From: a virus
Direction: 5' to 3' (one strand)
Virus record (IMG/VR): IMGVR_UViG_3300042235_000109
DNA length: 64,000 nt
Positions 51,341 through 62,444 of this stretch are shown here, piece by piece; within the stretch, counting starts at the first letter, position 1; every line of letters starts with the position of its first letter. The notes under the pieces are model-generated. The model was not told the DNA's origin and did no database searches. It saw nothing but the letters and a program-made list of their open reading frames with translations. A program made the translations under genes and the position numbers.

Positions 51341-53200
51341 TCACGCCCCGGCGTTCATGAACCAGCCGCGGTGGTCGATGAACCCGGCCCCGAAATCCAG
51401 GATCACCCGGATCTCCACGCCGTCCACGTCCCAGCCCGAGCGGCTTACGACCTGCGGGCCCTCGGCGCCCGAGAGATAGGCGAACTCCAGCCCGTCGATC
51501 TCGCCGGGGTCGGCGGTCACATACCAGCGCGTTGCGCCGGACAGGCGCGGCTCCACGACCAGTGACAGTGATCCGGAGAAGGGGTTCACATCGGCCGCCG
51601 TCGCGGGGGCGATGCTCGCCAGCCACTTCTCGGCCGTGGTCTCCAGCGCGGGCGGGACGAGCAGGTTGCGGGGTGTGACGCGGATCGTGCGATCCTCGAT
51701 GCCCTTCTGGGTGCGCAGTGCCAGCCGCGCCGCCGACAGCGTGGCGTCGGAGATTGCGGCACCCGTGCCCGCCTTGTTGCCGTGGTCGGCGTGGAACAGC
51801 GTCTTGCCGTCCGACATGGTCGGCCCGTTGCCGCTGCCCGCCTCGAGGAGCGTCACGAGGATCCGCGCCTCGGTCTCGGCCGCGGCCTGGCCCATGCGGC
51901 GTGCGAGGTCCGCGAAGGCGCCAAGGTCGTCGTTGACCAGCACCTGCCGGGTGATGCCGATCTTCCGCGCCCAGGTCTCGACCTTGTAGGCCTCGCGCGC
52001 CTCGGCCATGGTCCCGGCCTTGATCTCGCCGTGCTCGTTCAGCTTCTCCAGAAGCGGCGCTTCGCCCAGCATGATCTTGTTCACCGCGCGGAAATCCCGC
52101 GCCGTGGTTTGGCGACCGAGGCGGCGGATGCCCGAGGGCGCGGCCTGATAGGCGTCGCGCAGCACCCGGCCCACCGTGTCCCCGAGGATGATCGGGAAGT
52201 CCGAGGTGGTGTGCAGCGCGCGGGTCACGAGGCTCGCGGGCGACAGCGCCATGGTGCTCTCGCCGCGCAGAGTCAGCAGTTCCTTCGCCATGTCGACCGG
52301 GGTCGAATAGGCGTAGCGCCGGGCCGGTTCGCTCAGCTCGTGGCGCGGGTTGATCCGGGCGTAGAGCGCCTCGCCCATCTGCCGGGCGCGCAGGGCCGGA
52401 TCGTCCTGGCTCTCGCCCATCTCGACGCGGACCTGCTCGGTGCGGATCGTGGGCGAGGAGCGCTGCGCCAGCGCCTCGAAGGCCGCGCGGCGCGCGGTGT
52501 CGGGATCGGCGCCTCCGTCGATCTGGCCATCGATCCAGGACTGGTCGAGCCCGGCGATGCGGGCGATGGAGCGGATCTCCGCGTTCGCCTCGGCGCGGGT
52601 CTCGGTGGTGGGCGCCTCGGGCGGCGCCGGGGTGGTGGTCGTGTCGGTCATCTCTGTCTCCATGCGAATGTGGGCGCCGGGGTCGGCGGGCGTCGGCACC
52701 AGGGAAATCTCGTGGGGCGTCCAGCGCACGGCGGTCAGCACGCGCGCGCTGTTCTCGGTGGTCTCGGCCCAGTCCTCGACTGAGTAGCCGACCGAGACAT
52801 GCCGCAGGATGCCCGCCAGCACGTCCTGCCAGACCGGCTCCACCTCTGGCCGCGCCGAGAACTGGATGAGCGCAGTGCCGCGCTTGCCGTCCACGGCGGC
52901 GCTGCGGACGGAGCCCAGCACGTCGCGCACGGCGGTCTGGCGATGTGCGTCGAGGACGCTGGCACCCTCCAGACGCGAGAGGTCGACAGCTTCAGGCGCG
53001 AGGCTCAGCCGCTCGATGTACTGGCCCGCCATGTCGCGGCGGCGCACGGCCGCGCCGGTGGACCAGACCACCTCGACGGTGCGGGCCTCCGGATCGGCCG
53101 TAGCAGGCGCAAGCGTCGCGCGGCGGGTGAGGATACCCTTTCCGTCTGGAAGGGTTTGCAGCGCGAGCGTTGGCAGGGTGTCTGTCGCGATATCAGCCAT
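51341..53200 (-). CDS. Prohead protease-major capsid fusion protein
   Basis: VLDAH, VSVGY, EISLVPTPAD protease; TTSDFP, RQVLVNDDLGAF, LLVPP, DFGAG capsid motifs. Confidence 0.9.
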   Translation of the reverse strand: MADIATDTLPTLALQTLPDGKGILTRRATLAPATADPEARTVEVVWSTGAAVRRRDMAGQYIERLSLAPEAVDLSRLEGASVLDAHRQTAVRDVLGSVRSAAVDGKRGTALIQFSARPEVEPVWQDVLAGILRHVSVGYSVEDWAETTENSARVLTAVRWTPHEISLVPTPADPGAHIRMETEMTDTTTTPAPPEAPTTETRAEANAEIRSIARIAGLDQSWIDGQIDGGADPDTARRAAFEALAQRSSPTIRTEQVRVEMGESQDDPALRARQMGEALYARINPRHELSEPARRYAYSTPVDMAKELLTLRGESTMALSPASLVTRALHTTSDFPIILGDTVGRVLRDAYQAAPSGIRRLGRQTTARDFRAVNKIMLGEAPLLEKLNEHGEIKAGTMAEAREAYKVETWARKIGITRQVLVNDDLGAFADLARRMGQAAAETEARILVTLLEAGSGNGPTMSDGKTLFHADHGNKAGTGAAISDATLSAARLALRTQKGIEDRTIRVTPRNLLVPPALETTAEKWLASIAPATAADVNPFSGSLSLVVEPRLSGATRWYVTADPGEIDGLEFAYLSGAEGPQVVSRSGWDVDGVEIRVILDFGAGFIDHRGWFMNAGA

Positions 53201-54605
53201 CGGCGGGCTCCTTCTGCTGCAGCGACGCCGCCTGTCCGAAGGCGAGCCCCAACCCCTCCGCGCGCTCGCGGTCGGCCGCGATCTCGGCATCAACCTGCTC
53301 GGCGTCGTAGCCGCGCTCGGAGATCGCCTGGGACCGGCTCTTGAGCCCTGCGCCGATCGCCATGATCTCGGCCTGCACGTCCTTCATCGGATCGACGTAG
53401 TCGAACTTCGGCGGCAGCCATTCGCAGCCGAGATAGGCGTCGGGGTTCCGGTCGAAGTCCCGCGCGGGCAGGTCGCCGGTCAGCACCGCGAGCCGCACGA
53501 ACCGCTCCCAGACCGGGCGGCAGAACAGATGCACCACCACGTTGTGCTGGAGCTGCTCGACCCGGCGGCGAAACTCGATCAGCCCCGCGCGGATGGAGGA
53601 ATAGGTCACGCCTTCCAGATCGCCCGAGACCAGCTCGTAGGGCAGGCCCATCCCGGCGGCGACGGCGCGCAGGTGGTTCTTGACGAAGGGCGCGTAGGCG
53701 TCGTGCTCGGTGGGGTTGGAAAAGCGGATGTCGGTGCCGGGCGGCAGCGGGATCAGGCTGCCGGGCTCCATGCCCACGGTCAGCGCGCCACCGGTGTTGG
53801 AGCCCGAGAGCCCGCCCGCCGTTCCATCGGGATCTGTGATGAAGCCGGTGAAGAGCGCCGCGACCTTGGCCTTCACCAGCGCGGCGTCCTCGAACTGGTC
53901 GAGCTCATGCAGCCGCAACAGCACCGGCGCGAGCCAGGTGATGCCGCGCAGCTGGCCCGCAGCGAGCGGCTTGAACAGGTGCAGGCAATCGGCGGCGGGG
54001 ACGCGGAGCGGGTCCATGCGGAGAGACCCCAGCGGATCGCCCGGGCGGGAGGACAAGACCCGGTAGGCGACCCGGCGACCGGCGGCATCGAACTCGATGC
54101 CCGCGCGGATCCGCGCCCCGCCGCCGATCTCGCGGTGCAGGTCCATGGGAACCTGCTCGCGATCCAGAAGCTCGACGTGGAGAGGAATGGCGGCGGCGTC
54201 GCTTGCGACGCGCAGCCGGGCGAAGCTCTCGCCACTCTCGACCATCGCGCGCACCGCCATGGCCTGCAGCCCGTAGAAATCGGCCAGCCCGTCCGGGGCG
54301 GCATGATCGGTCCAGCGCAGCCAGAGCGCCTGCAGCCGCTCTCGCACGGCCCGGTCGGGATGGGTGGATTGCGGCTTGATCCCGGCGCCGACGACATTGC
54401 CGACCAGGCTGTCCACCGCCGCCGCGACCCACGGGTTGTTGCGCGCATACCACCCGGCCCGCCGCGCCGCCGTGGTCGCGCCCGCGAGGATCGCCGCGTT
54501 CAGCCCGTCGACCGTCCGCGCCCCCTCCCAACGCCGCCCTCCACCCGCAGCGTCAAAGCCGCGAGCGCGCGCGAGGCCGAGAAGGCGATGGAGAATAGTC
54601 CGCAT
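53193..54605 (-). CDS. Portal protein (lambda family)
   Basis: RNNPW, GIEFDAAGRRVAY, GQLRGI, YSSIRAGL, YVDPMKD. Confidence 0.95.
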   Translation of the reverse strand: MRTILHRLLGLARARGFDAAGGGRRWEGARTVDGLNAAILAGATTAARRAGWYARNNPWVAAAVDSLVGNVVGAGIKPQSTHPDRAVRERLQALWLRWTDHAAPDGLADFYGLQAMAVRAMVESGESFARLRVASDAAAIPLHVELLDREQVPMDLHREIGGGARIRAGIEFDAAGRRVAYRVLSSRPGDPLGSLRMDPLRVPAADCLHLFKPLAAGQLRGITWLAPVLLRLHELDQFEDAALVKAKVAALFTGFITDPDGTAGGLSGSNTGGALTVGMEPGSLIPLPPGTDIRFSNPTEHDAYAPFVKNHLRAVAAGMGLPYELVSGDLEGVTYSSIRAGLIEFRRRVEQLQHNVVVHLFCRPVWERFVRLAVLTGDLPARDFDRNPDAYLGCEWLPPKFDYVDPMKDVQAEIMAIGAGLKSRSQAISERGYDAEQVDAEIAADRERAEGLGLAFGQAASLQQKEPADG

Positions 54606-54833
54606 GGGCGACAGAATCGCCTATCGGAACGCGCATGCCCATTCAGAATGTTTGGCAATGGCCGAAGAACTTTCGCACCGTCTCACAGCATTGGTTGGTC
54701 ACTGCCAGCCAGCGTTGCCATCACGACTGCCGGCAAGCTGACGCCACCTCACAGATGAGGACGATCCCCACTATCTTGTGGTAGTGCCGTCTGATAGAGA
54801 AAACCCCAAGATCGTGTATTTCGGGGGATCGCA

Positions 54834-55673
54834 GTGGCGGGCGAGGTTGATTTCAAGGGCAAGGGTCAAGCACTTAGACTCGGGGTGCAGCAAGAACTCG
54901 GGGGAGGACCGCTAAGCATCTTCGGAGCGGCTGCCCAGAAGCACGACCTGTCCATCCGTGAGGTGATGGTTGGTGTTCTGGCAAAGCTGGCTGAACAGTT
55001 CCCAGAGCTAGAGTTCAGGCATCTCATATCTCTCAGCAAGAAAGAAATGAACGAAAAGCTGCGGGGTTTTGATGCGCGGCTCGGGCAGGCTCTATTCGTC
55101 GAAAGCGCGAGTATTCGACCGGACGGCGGCATCACCGAAGTTCTCGACAAGAACGGACGATGGCGGATTGTCTTGGTGGGTGAATCCAAGCATCAAGGAA
55201 ACGACGTCGAGAAGATTAGCGCCGGTGTTTTGCAGGGCAAGAATAAAGACCAGGATTTCATGGCTGCTGGCAACGCTATCGAACGCATGCACAAGAACGT
55301 TCTTGAGATCAGAAACTATATGCTTGATGAGAGGCACTTTCCCTACGTTGTCTTCCTTCAAGGATCGAATTTTGCAACTCAATCGTTCGATGTCACTCGG
55401 CCCGATGGTCGCGTGGTAAGGGTGGTGCATAATTCTGGGATGTTGAATCGCATAGATCGGGTTACTGCCAGCAGCCTCTCTCGCGAGATCAACAAGAACT
55501 ACTGTGAAAACATCGTAATCAAAGCAGGCGACATCGAGCACATGACTCAAGTTGCTTCACTCTTCTGCAAAGCAGATCCGTGGACTGCGGGAGAGATGGG
55601 CGAAGTGATGCTCGACGTCGCTCAGACATCTCTAAAGATAATCGCGGAGGACTTGGGTGCGACCGGGGCATGA
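54834..55673 (+). CDS. rsrIR: Type II restriction endonuclease, EcoRI family, close to R.RsrI (predicted GAATTC)
   Basis: IRPDGG, ESKHQG, MAAGNAIER.HKN, FPYVVFLQGSNF, SGMLNRIDRVT. Confidence 0.9.
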   Translation: MAGEVDFKGKGQALRLGVQQELGGGPLSIFGAAAQKHDLSIREVMVGVLAKLAEQFPELEFRHLISLSKKEMNEKLRGFDARLGQALFVESASIRPDGGITEVLDKNGRWRIVLVGESKHQGNDVEKISAGVLQGKNKDQDFMAAGNAIERMHKNVLEIRNYMLDERHFPYVVFLQGSNFATQSFDVTRPDGRVVRVVHNSGMLNRIDRVTASSLSREINKNYCENIVIKAGDIEHMTQVASLFCKADPWTAGEMGEVMLDVAQTSLKIIAEDLGATGA

Positions 55674-55750
55674 AATCTCTGGACTATGGGTTGCCAACAT
55701 GGACATCCTTCCCAGGACATTCGACGCAGAATAAGAAGGCAGAACTCTAA

Positions 55751-56725
<975 letters not shown>

Positions 56726-56776
56726 CTGATCGAAATAGGCAGTTGGCGAGACTGCTCGCCTCCGCTTGTCAACTGA

Positions 56777-58582
56777 TCACTTCATCCAAGCCGACCGGAT
56801 AGCGCCCTTCGCCTCATGCGTCGGCGTCGCCCCAGTTTTCGACGCCGCCACCTCCTCGTTCAGCCTGAGCCCCATGCTGATGAGCCCGTGCAGGGCGGCG
56901 TGGGCGTAGACGAAGGTGTCGAGGGCCTCGTTGCGCTCGCCGTCGCGCTTGGGTTGCCAGGAGCGGATGGGGCGTCCGCGCTCGAAGCGGGTGACCACGC
57001 GCTCGGCGGTCAGCTGGCGGAAATAGTCGGCGTCGAGGCGGCGGGGAAAGTGGATCGCGCCGGGGCCGGGTTCGGTCAGGCGCAGGCGGGCGTAGACGGC
57101 GTCCTTCACCGCGTCCACGCCGACGATGAAGAGCGGGATCTTGCCCTTGTTCGTCCGCGTCGGGCGTCGCGGCCAGACCGGGATGCCGGGCCCGCCGCGG
57201 CCCTTGATGGCCCAGATGCGGCGGGCGAGGCGGGTGCGGCAGAACTCGTAGGCCATCTTGGTGTGGTGGCCGCCGGTGTCGATGGCGGCGGCGCGCACGG
57301 GGAGTTCGAGCCCGGCGGGATGCGGGAAGGTCGCCTGCAGCACCATGTCGAGGTCGGACCAGAGCCGCGGCCCGGACGGGTCGCCCCAGAGCACGCGGTA
57401 GTCGATCACCCACGCCTCCTCGTCGCGGCCCCAGCCGAGGATCTGCACCTCGATCCGGTCGCCCTGAACGTCGACGCCCGCGGTGAGCACGGCGACAGAG
57501 GCGGGCAGCGCCTCGCCCCAGTCCTCGCGCCGCGCCATCAGCGGATCGGCCGGGACGGTGTCGCCCGCCTGGTCCTCCCAGGACTCGCCCAGCTTGGTGT
57601 TCACCCAGACCTGCAGGCGCGCGGGGTCCTTGCGGACGCGGCCGTGTTCGGCGGCTATATCGGCCCAGGTCTCCCACGGGGAATAGAGCGCGGAGAGGTG
57701 GAAGCCCGCGGTGCGCCCATCGCCCTCAGCCGTCGCGCGCCATTCCCCTGCGGCCAACAGGTGCGGCTTCTCGTGCTCGTGGTGGATGCCGCCGCAGGCC
57801 TCGCAGACCAGATAGGCCTGGTCGCGCTGCCCCTCGGGCCAGCGGATGCGCGCCCAGGTGATCGGGGCCATGTCGCCGCAATGCAGGCAGGGGACGTGGT
57901 AGAAGCGCCGGTCGCTGTGCTCGAACGCGGCCTCGATGCGGGAATGGCCCTTCAGGGTGGGCGTAGAGACCATGTAGATCTTGCGCCGCCCGCGGAAGGT
58001 GGCGGTGCGCTGGATGGCCAGATCGACCGGGTCGCCCTCGCCATCGGCGTCGCCGGGATAGCCGTCCACCTCGTCGAGGAACAGGTAGCGGACGGGCGTG
58101 GAGCGGAGCCCCACGGCGCTGTTCGCGCCGGTCATCACCAGCTGGCCGCCGGGGAAGGACTTGCGGAACAGGCTGTTTCCGGCGTCGCGGGAGCGGGGCG
58201 CGGCGACCAGCTCCCGCAGCGCGGGCGTCGCCTCGATCAGCGGGTCGATGCGGACGGTGGTGTTCCGGCGCACCATGTCGAGCGAGGGCATGACCAGCAT
58301 GGCTATGCCGGGCGCGTTCTGGATGATGTAGCCGAGCCAGTTCAGCCCCGCCTCCGAGCCACCCGTTTGCGCGCCCTTCATCAGGACGACACGCTCGTAA
58401 GGGCTGGCGGTCGAGAGCGCATCCATCACCGCGCGCAGATAGGGCGTGCGGTCGGTGCGCCAGCGGCCCGGTTCGGCCGAGGTCGGCGGCAGGATGCGGT
58501 GCCGGTCGGCCCAGTCCGAGACCGGGATCGGCGGTTCGGGGCGGATGCCGCGCCGCCAGGCAAGGTCGATGTCAGGCACCAT
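56777..58582 (-). CDS. Terminase large subunit (gpA family)
   Basis: KGAQTGGS, FLDEVD, GVDVQGDR, NEALD. Confidence 0.95.
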   Translation of the reverse strand: MVPDIDLAWRRGIRPEPPIPVSDWADRHRILPPTSAEPGRWRTDRTPYLRAVMDALSTASPYERVVLMKGAQTGGSEAGLNWLGYIIQNAPGIAMLVMPSLDMVRRNTTVRIDPLIEATPALRELVAAPRSRDAGNSLFRKSFPGGQLVMTGANSAVGLRSTPVRYLFLDEVDGYPGDADGEGDPVDLAIQRTATFRGRRKIYMVSTPTLKGHSRIEAAFEHSDRRFYHVPCLHCGDMAPITWARIRWPEGQRDQAYLVCEACGGIHHEHEKPHLLAAGEWRATAEGDGRTAGFHLSALYSPWETWADIAAEHGRVRKDPARLQVWVNTKLGESWEDQAGDTVPADPLMARREDWGEALPASVAVLTAGVDVQGDRIEVQILGWGRDEEAWVIDYRVLWGDPSGPRLWSDLDMVLQATFPHPAGLELPVRAAAIDTGGHHTKMAYEFCRTRLARRIWAIKGRGGPGIPVWPRRPTRTNKGKIPLFIVGVDAVKDAVYARLRLTEPGPGAIHFPRRLDADYFRQLTAERVVTRFERGRPIRSWQPKRDGERNEALDTFVYAHAALHGLISMGLRLNEEVAASKTGATPTHEAKGAIRSAWMK

Positions 58583-59081
58583 CGCCAAAACTCCCCAGCG
58601 GCAGGTCGGCCAGGTGTTCGAGATGCTCGCGCATCATCCGGTCGAGCGCGGCGAAGGTGGCGCGGGGATCGGCGCCGACCTCGGCGGCCAGCAGGGGCGC
58701 TGTGCGCTGGACCCATGCCATGTGAGCGTCGCGTTCGGCACGGGCGCGCGCGAACACCGTGCGCGTGGCGGCGGCGGTCTCGACCAGCTGGCCCTGTTCG
58801 CGCTCGAACGCCAGCTTGGCGCGCTGGACCTTCACGATCTCATGCAGCCGCTTGGCCTCGGCCAGCGTCGTCGCCGCGCGGGTCGGGCTGGCGGCGCCAC
58901 CCTTGTTGCGCCGGGCGGGGTCGAGGTTGTTCTCGATCCAGGCGAGCCCCACCGCCACGTCGATCCGCCCGTCCGCGCGCACCGGCAGGCCCTCGGCCAC
59001 CAGTTGCGAGATGCGGCCCTTGGTCAGCCCGACGCGGGCGGCGAAGGCGGTCTTGGTCTCATGGCTGTCGAGTTTAGTCAT
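58572..59081 (-). CDS. Terminase small subunit
   Basis: TKTAFAARVGLTKGRISQL HTH; G.LVE; upstream of terL. Confidence 0.8.
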   Translation of the reverse strand: MTKLDSHETKTAFAARVGLTKGRISQLVAEGLPVRADGRIDVAVGLAWIENNLDPARRNKGGAASPTRAATTLAEAKRLHEIVKVQRAKLAFEREQGQLVETAAATRTVFARARAERDAHMAWVQRTAPLLAAEVGADPRATFAALDRMMREHLEHLADLPLGSFGDGA

Positions 59082-59089
59082 TTCCGCCC

Positions 59090-59150
59090 CCTGACGCTGG
59101 CGGGCTTATGCGCTGCGCGTCCCCACATACGAATGTGCGCAGGAGGAACC
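59090..59150 (-). other. Putative cos site of the satellite
   Basis: GGTTCCTCC-N10-CGTAT-N8-GCGCAGCGCA-N7-GCCAGCGTCAGG directly upstream of terS. Confidence 0.65.
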
Positions 59151-59246
59151 GCCCGGTGGACTGCGACCCGGCGTTCCCGTTCGCACACGACGGTTCTGAA
59201 GTTTTCGCGCGGCGTGCCGTGCCATCCCGCCGGTTGACGATCTGTC

Positions 59247-59422
59247 TGGTGGGGATGGTGGAGATTGGTGGGGTGATCCGGCCTGCCCCTGTAAACTGTC
59301 ATTTCACGCATGGTGGTGTGATGCATGGCGTCACGTGTCGTGACCTGCCACGTCGCTGACACTTCGGGCGACAAACACAGATTTGGCCGGGGACAAGTCC
59401 ACCAAACCCACCAAACCCACCA
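59247..59422. repeat. Inverted iteron triplets, putative satellite origin
   Basis: TGGTGG at 59247, 59256, 59266 facing CCACCA at 59399, 59408, 59417, downstream of primase. Confidence 0.6.
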
Positions 59423-59441
59423 GACGGATCGGGAATGAGCG

Positions 59442-62111
59442 TCACGCATCGGCACGGCTCCGGAGAACTTCAGAACCGTCGTTGATCGGCGCGGCCCCGG
59501 TCTCCGCGGTCTCCAGCTGCCAGCGCGCGCGCCCTGCCGACAAGCCTGCGGAGACTAGGCGCAGCCCGTTCACGATGCGGTTCTGCTGCCCGCCGATCCA
59601 CTTGCCGAGCCGCCCGCCGTTGATTGCGCCGCCTTCGCCCGCCACGCGCAGCAGGGCCTCGCGGAACTCGGGGTGGATGAACTCCGACCGACCGTAGAGC
59701 TGCGGGCGCTGTTCCGTGGCGCGCTCGATGATCTCGCGAACGCTGACCCGGTCCATGCCGATCACCTCGCGCCATTGCTCCAGCACAGTGGTCAGGGCTT
59801 CCAGCTTCGGGTCCGCCCCGCGCATGCCTTCCATGGTCTCGCAAGGGTCGGCCTCGCCCAGCCAGATCAAGGCGTCGCGAACCCAGCGCGACCAGTCGGT
59901 GAAGGAGCCGAGGGGCGCGCGCATCTCGGGCCGACCGGCGATGTGGTAGGCGCGCAGCACCGTCAGCCCGGCCGTGACGTAGTCGCCGCGCTGCGCCGTC
60001 ACCATGGCGAGCGGATCGCGGTCGAAGGCGCGCAGCTCGGGTCGCTCGACGCCCGCATCCAGCGTCGCCCGGATGGAGCGGCGTGTCATGTCGCCCTCGA
60101 GAGTCAGGTTGTTGCCGGTGGCGAAGACGGCGGCGTTGCTTGGCACCTCGGCGTTGACCGACTTGCCGAGGATGCGGACCTTGAGGCTGGTCTGGGTGAG
60201 GGTCTGGCACAGGAGCTCGCCGCCCAGCGGTTCCTCGCAGTTGTCGATGGCGATCAGGACGTCGCCCGCGATCAGCGCCGCGCCCAGCCGCTTCTCCATC
60301 TCCTCCTCGGACTTGCCCTGCGCGATCACCGGCGCGGGGCGGGCGGTGGCGATCTGGCTCGCCAGGTCGACCAGCATGGATTTGCCCGTCCCGGCGGTCG
60401 GCGCGTTGAACCCGTGCAGCGGCGCGGTCGGCAGCGACCGGCGGATCAGCGCCGTGAGGATTCCGGAGAGCGCGACCGACCGGTCCGCGTCGGTGACGAA
60501 GGGGAAGGTCGAGATCAGATCCTTGAGGAACCCGAGCGCGCGCAGGGCCGTGGCCCGGTCGGGATCGCGCGGCAGGGCGGGGAAACGGACATCCTGCGGG
60601 TCGAACAGCAGCCCGGTCTGCGGGTCATAGCCGGGCAGATCGAGGATCGAGCCGTCGGGCCGCAGGGTCGGGCAGTTGATGATGCCGGTCAGCACTGGCA
60701 GCCGCCACTGGCCTTCGCGGACGAGGAAGGTCTCGGCGATCTTGTGCGGGCAGTCGGTGCTGAGCCACTCACCCTCGCGCTTGTCGAACCGCTTCCAGTT
60801 CGCCGCGCGGGTGAAGGCCTCGGCCATGTGGTGCGCCTTGACGTCCACCAGCCGGGGCGCATCGACAGTGCGCCCATCCGAGACCGCCACCGGCACCATC
60901 GCCGGGCGCACCACCATGCTGCCTCGCTGATAGTAGCCGAGCCCCGCCTGCATCAGCGCGCCCTCGGCCATGTCGACGGCCCGGTGCAGGAAGCCCGCAA
61001 AGATGCGGATCACCGGGCGGCCGTCTCCGTCGTCATCGTCGGCATCCTGGCCGTCGGGAATACGATCGCGCGAGGTTCGCACCCGCTCCACCCGTTCCGC
61101 GCGCCAGCCGTTCTGCCGTGCGAGCCAGAACAGCGTGCCCACGGTCACGCTGCGCACGGATGAGAAGCTGTCCCATTTCTCGGCGGTGTAGGCAGTGTCG
61201 TTCTTCGACGCCTCGGCCGACCAGGTCTCCCAAAGGTCGCGGCCATCGGGACCGAGTGCTGCGTAGAGCGCGAGCCCGACCTTGATCCAGTCGTCGTAGG
61301 GCAGCTCGTCGTTGCGAATATGGGCGACGGCTTCCTCGATCAGCTCGCGCGACGGGGCTTCCTTCTGCTTGAGCCCGGCGGCCTTGCGCCCATCGCGGTC
61401 GATCTCGCGCCGGTCGGCGGTGGTCTGGCCGCCCACCTTGCGCAGGTACTCCTCGGCCGCCGCGATGAAGGCCGCGCAGCGGTCGCGGCTGACGATCGGC
61501 AGCTCGTGCAGCGGCACGTCGAGCGGCGAGCGTTCCGGCCAATGATAGGGTGCCTTCGTGTCGGGGTGGATGCCGAAGGCCACGAACTGCTGCCCGGTCG
61601 CCAGCACCTCGACCCGCGCCACCGTGCCGTCGAGCATGTGGAACTCGCTGGTCTGCACCTTGTCGAACGGCGCATCGGTGCGGAAGGCCAGCAGGATCTT
61701 CGGTGCGCGCCCGATGCGAGAGGCGGTCGACATGCCGAGCATTTCGGTGGCGATGCAGGTCAGCCGGTGGGCATGGTCGCGATCCAGCACGTCGATATCG
61801 ACGCCGACGAGCTCGCCGCAGAGCAGGCCGGTATTGGTGCAGTTGCGCTGCGCCTTCGTCCAGCGCGCGATCTCGGCCTCGTCGGCGCTGGCGCAGACCG
61901 TCTCCCAGCCCTTCATCATCGGCCGCTTGCCCGCGCCCTTCATGGCGACATGCGCGCCCAGAACCGGGATCGGGCGATAGCCGTTGCGCTGCAACCGCAG
62001 GCGTAGCTCGGTCGGGTCCTCAATCTCGGCCGCGACGGGCGCCTCGGTGGACGCATCCGCCGACGCCTCGTCGCGGGCCATGTCTTCGGTCGTGCGGATG
62101 GCGTCCTCCAT
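59442..62111 (-). CDS. Primase-polymerase / PriCT-2 / ATPase replication protein
   Basis: GKRP, NTGL, VDIDV prim-pol; YDDWIKVGLAL...WS..SK PriCT-2; AGTGKS Walker A. Confidence 0.85.
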   Translation of the reverse strand: MEDAIRTTEDMARDEASADASTEAPVAAEIEDPTELRLRLQRNGYRPIPVLGAHVAMKGAGKRPMMKGWETVCASADEAEIARWTKAQRNCTNTGLLCGELVGVDIDVLDRDHAHRLTCIATEMLGMSTASRIGRAPKILLAFRTDAPFDKVQTSEFHMLDGTVARVEVLATGQQFVAFGIHPDTKAPYHWPERSPLDVPLHELPIVSRDRCAAFIAAAEEYLRKVGGQTTADRREIDRDGRKAAGLKQKEAPSRELIEEAVAHIRNDELPYDDWIKVGLALYAALGPDGRDLWETWSAEASKNDTAYTAEKWDSFSSVRSVTVGTLFWLARQNGWRAERVERVRTSRDRIPDGQDADDDDGDGRPVIRIFAGFLHRAVDMAEGALMQAGLGYYQRGSMVVRPAMVPVAVSDGRTVDAPRLVDVKAHHMAEAFTRAANWKRFDKREGEWLSTDCPHKIAETFLVREGQWRLPVLTGIINCPTLRPDGSILDLPGYDPQTGLLFDPQDVRFPALPRDPDRATALRALGFLKDLISTFPFVTDADRSVALSGILTALIRRSLPTAPLHGFNAPTAGTGKSMLVDLASQIATARPAPVIAQGKSEEEMEKRLGAALIAGDVLIAIDNCEEPLGGELLCQTLTQTSLKVRILGKSVNAEVPSNAAVFATGNNLTLEGDMTRRSIRATLDAGVERPELRAFDRDPLAMVTAQRGDYVTAGLTVLRAYHIAGRPEMRAPLGSFTDWSRWVRDALIWLGEADPCETMEGMRGADPKLEALTTVLEQWREVIGMDRVSVREIIERATEQRPQLYGRSEFIHPEFREALLRVAGEGGAINGGRLGKWIGGQQNRIVNGLRLVSAGLSAGRARWQLETAETGAAPINDGSEVLRSRADA

Positions 62112-62114
62112 GGC

Positions 62115-62444
62115 TCACTCCCCGTCCAGGACCCAGGCGGCGAAGTCGTCGTTCCAGTGCTCCTCCGGCCCCTCGCCGCTGCCGACGAACCGGACGAAGC
62201 CGTAGTAGACCTTGCCGGTCAGATGCCGCGGGTCGCGCTCGTAGGACGTGGTGCCTCGCAGATCGTGCTCGAGCTCGGCGCGGAGACGGTCCAGCGCTGC
62301 GAGGGACCGGTCGGCTTCCAGATAGGTCAGGGTGCCGGGCACCGCCGAGGTCATGACGTGCATCAGTGCGTCACGGCACTCACGGAGGCGATTGCCGATG
62401 ACAACGTGGTCGTCGGTGGAGAGCGGGATGTTGAAATCGTTCAT
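62115..62444 (-). CDS. Hypothetical protein
   Basis: 109 aa, GGAGG RBS, coupled to upstream gene. Confidence 0.65.
   Translation of the reverse strand: MNDFNIPLSTDDHVVIGNRLRECRDALMHVMTSAVPGTLTYLEADRSLAALDRLRAELEHDLRGTTSYERDPRHLTGKVYYGFVRFVGSGEGPEEHWNDDFAAWVLDGE

Noticed and set aside
56816..59077. Long antisense ORFs (also 52809-54758, 35241-36824, 39581-41053, 29718-31370 and others)
   Set aside because: Opposite well-supported genes in high-GC DNA; no motifs; expected shadow frames
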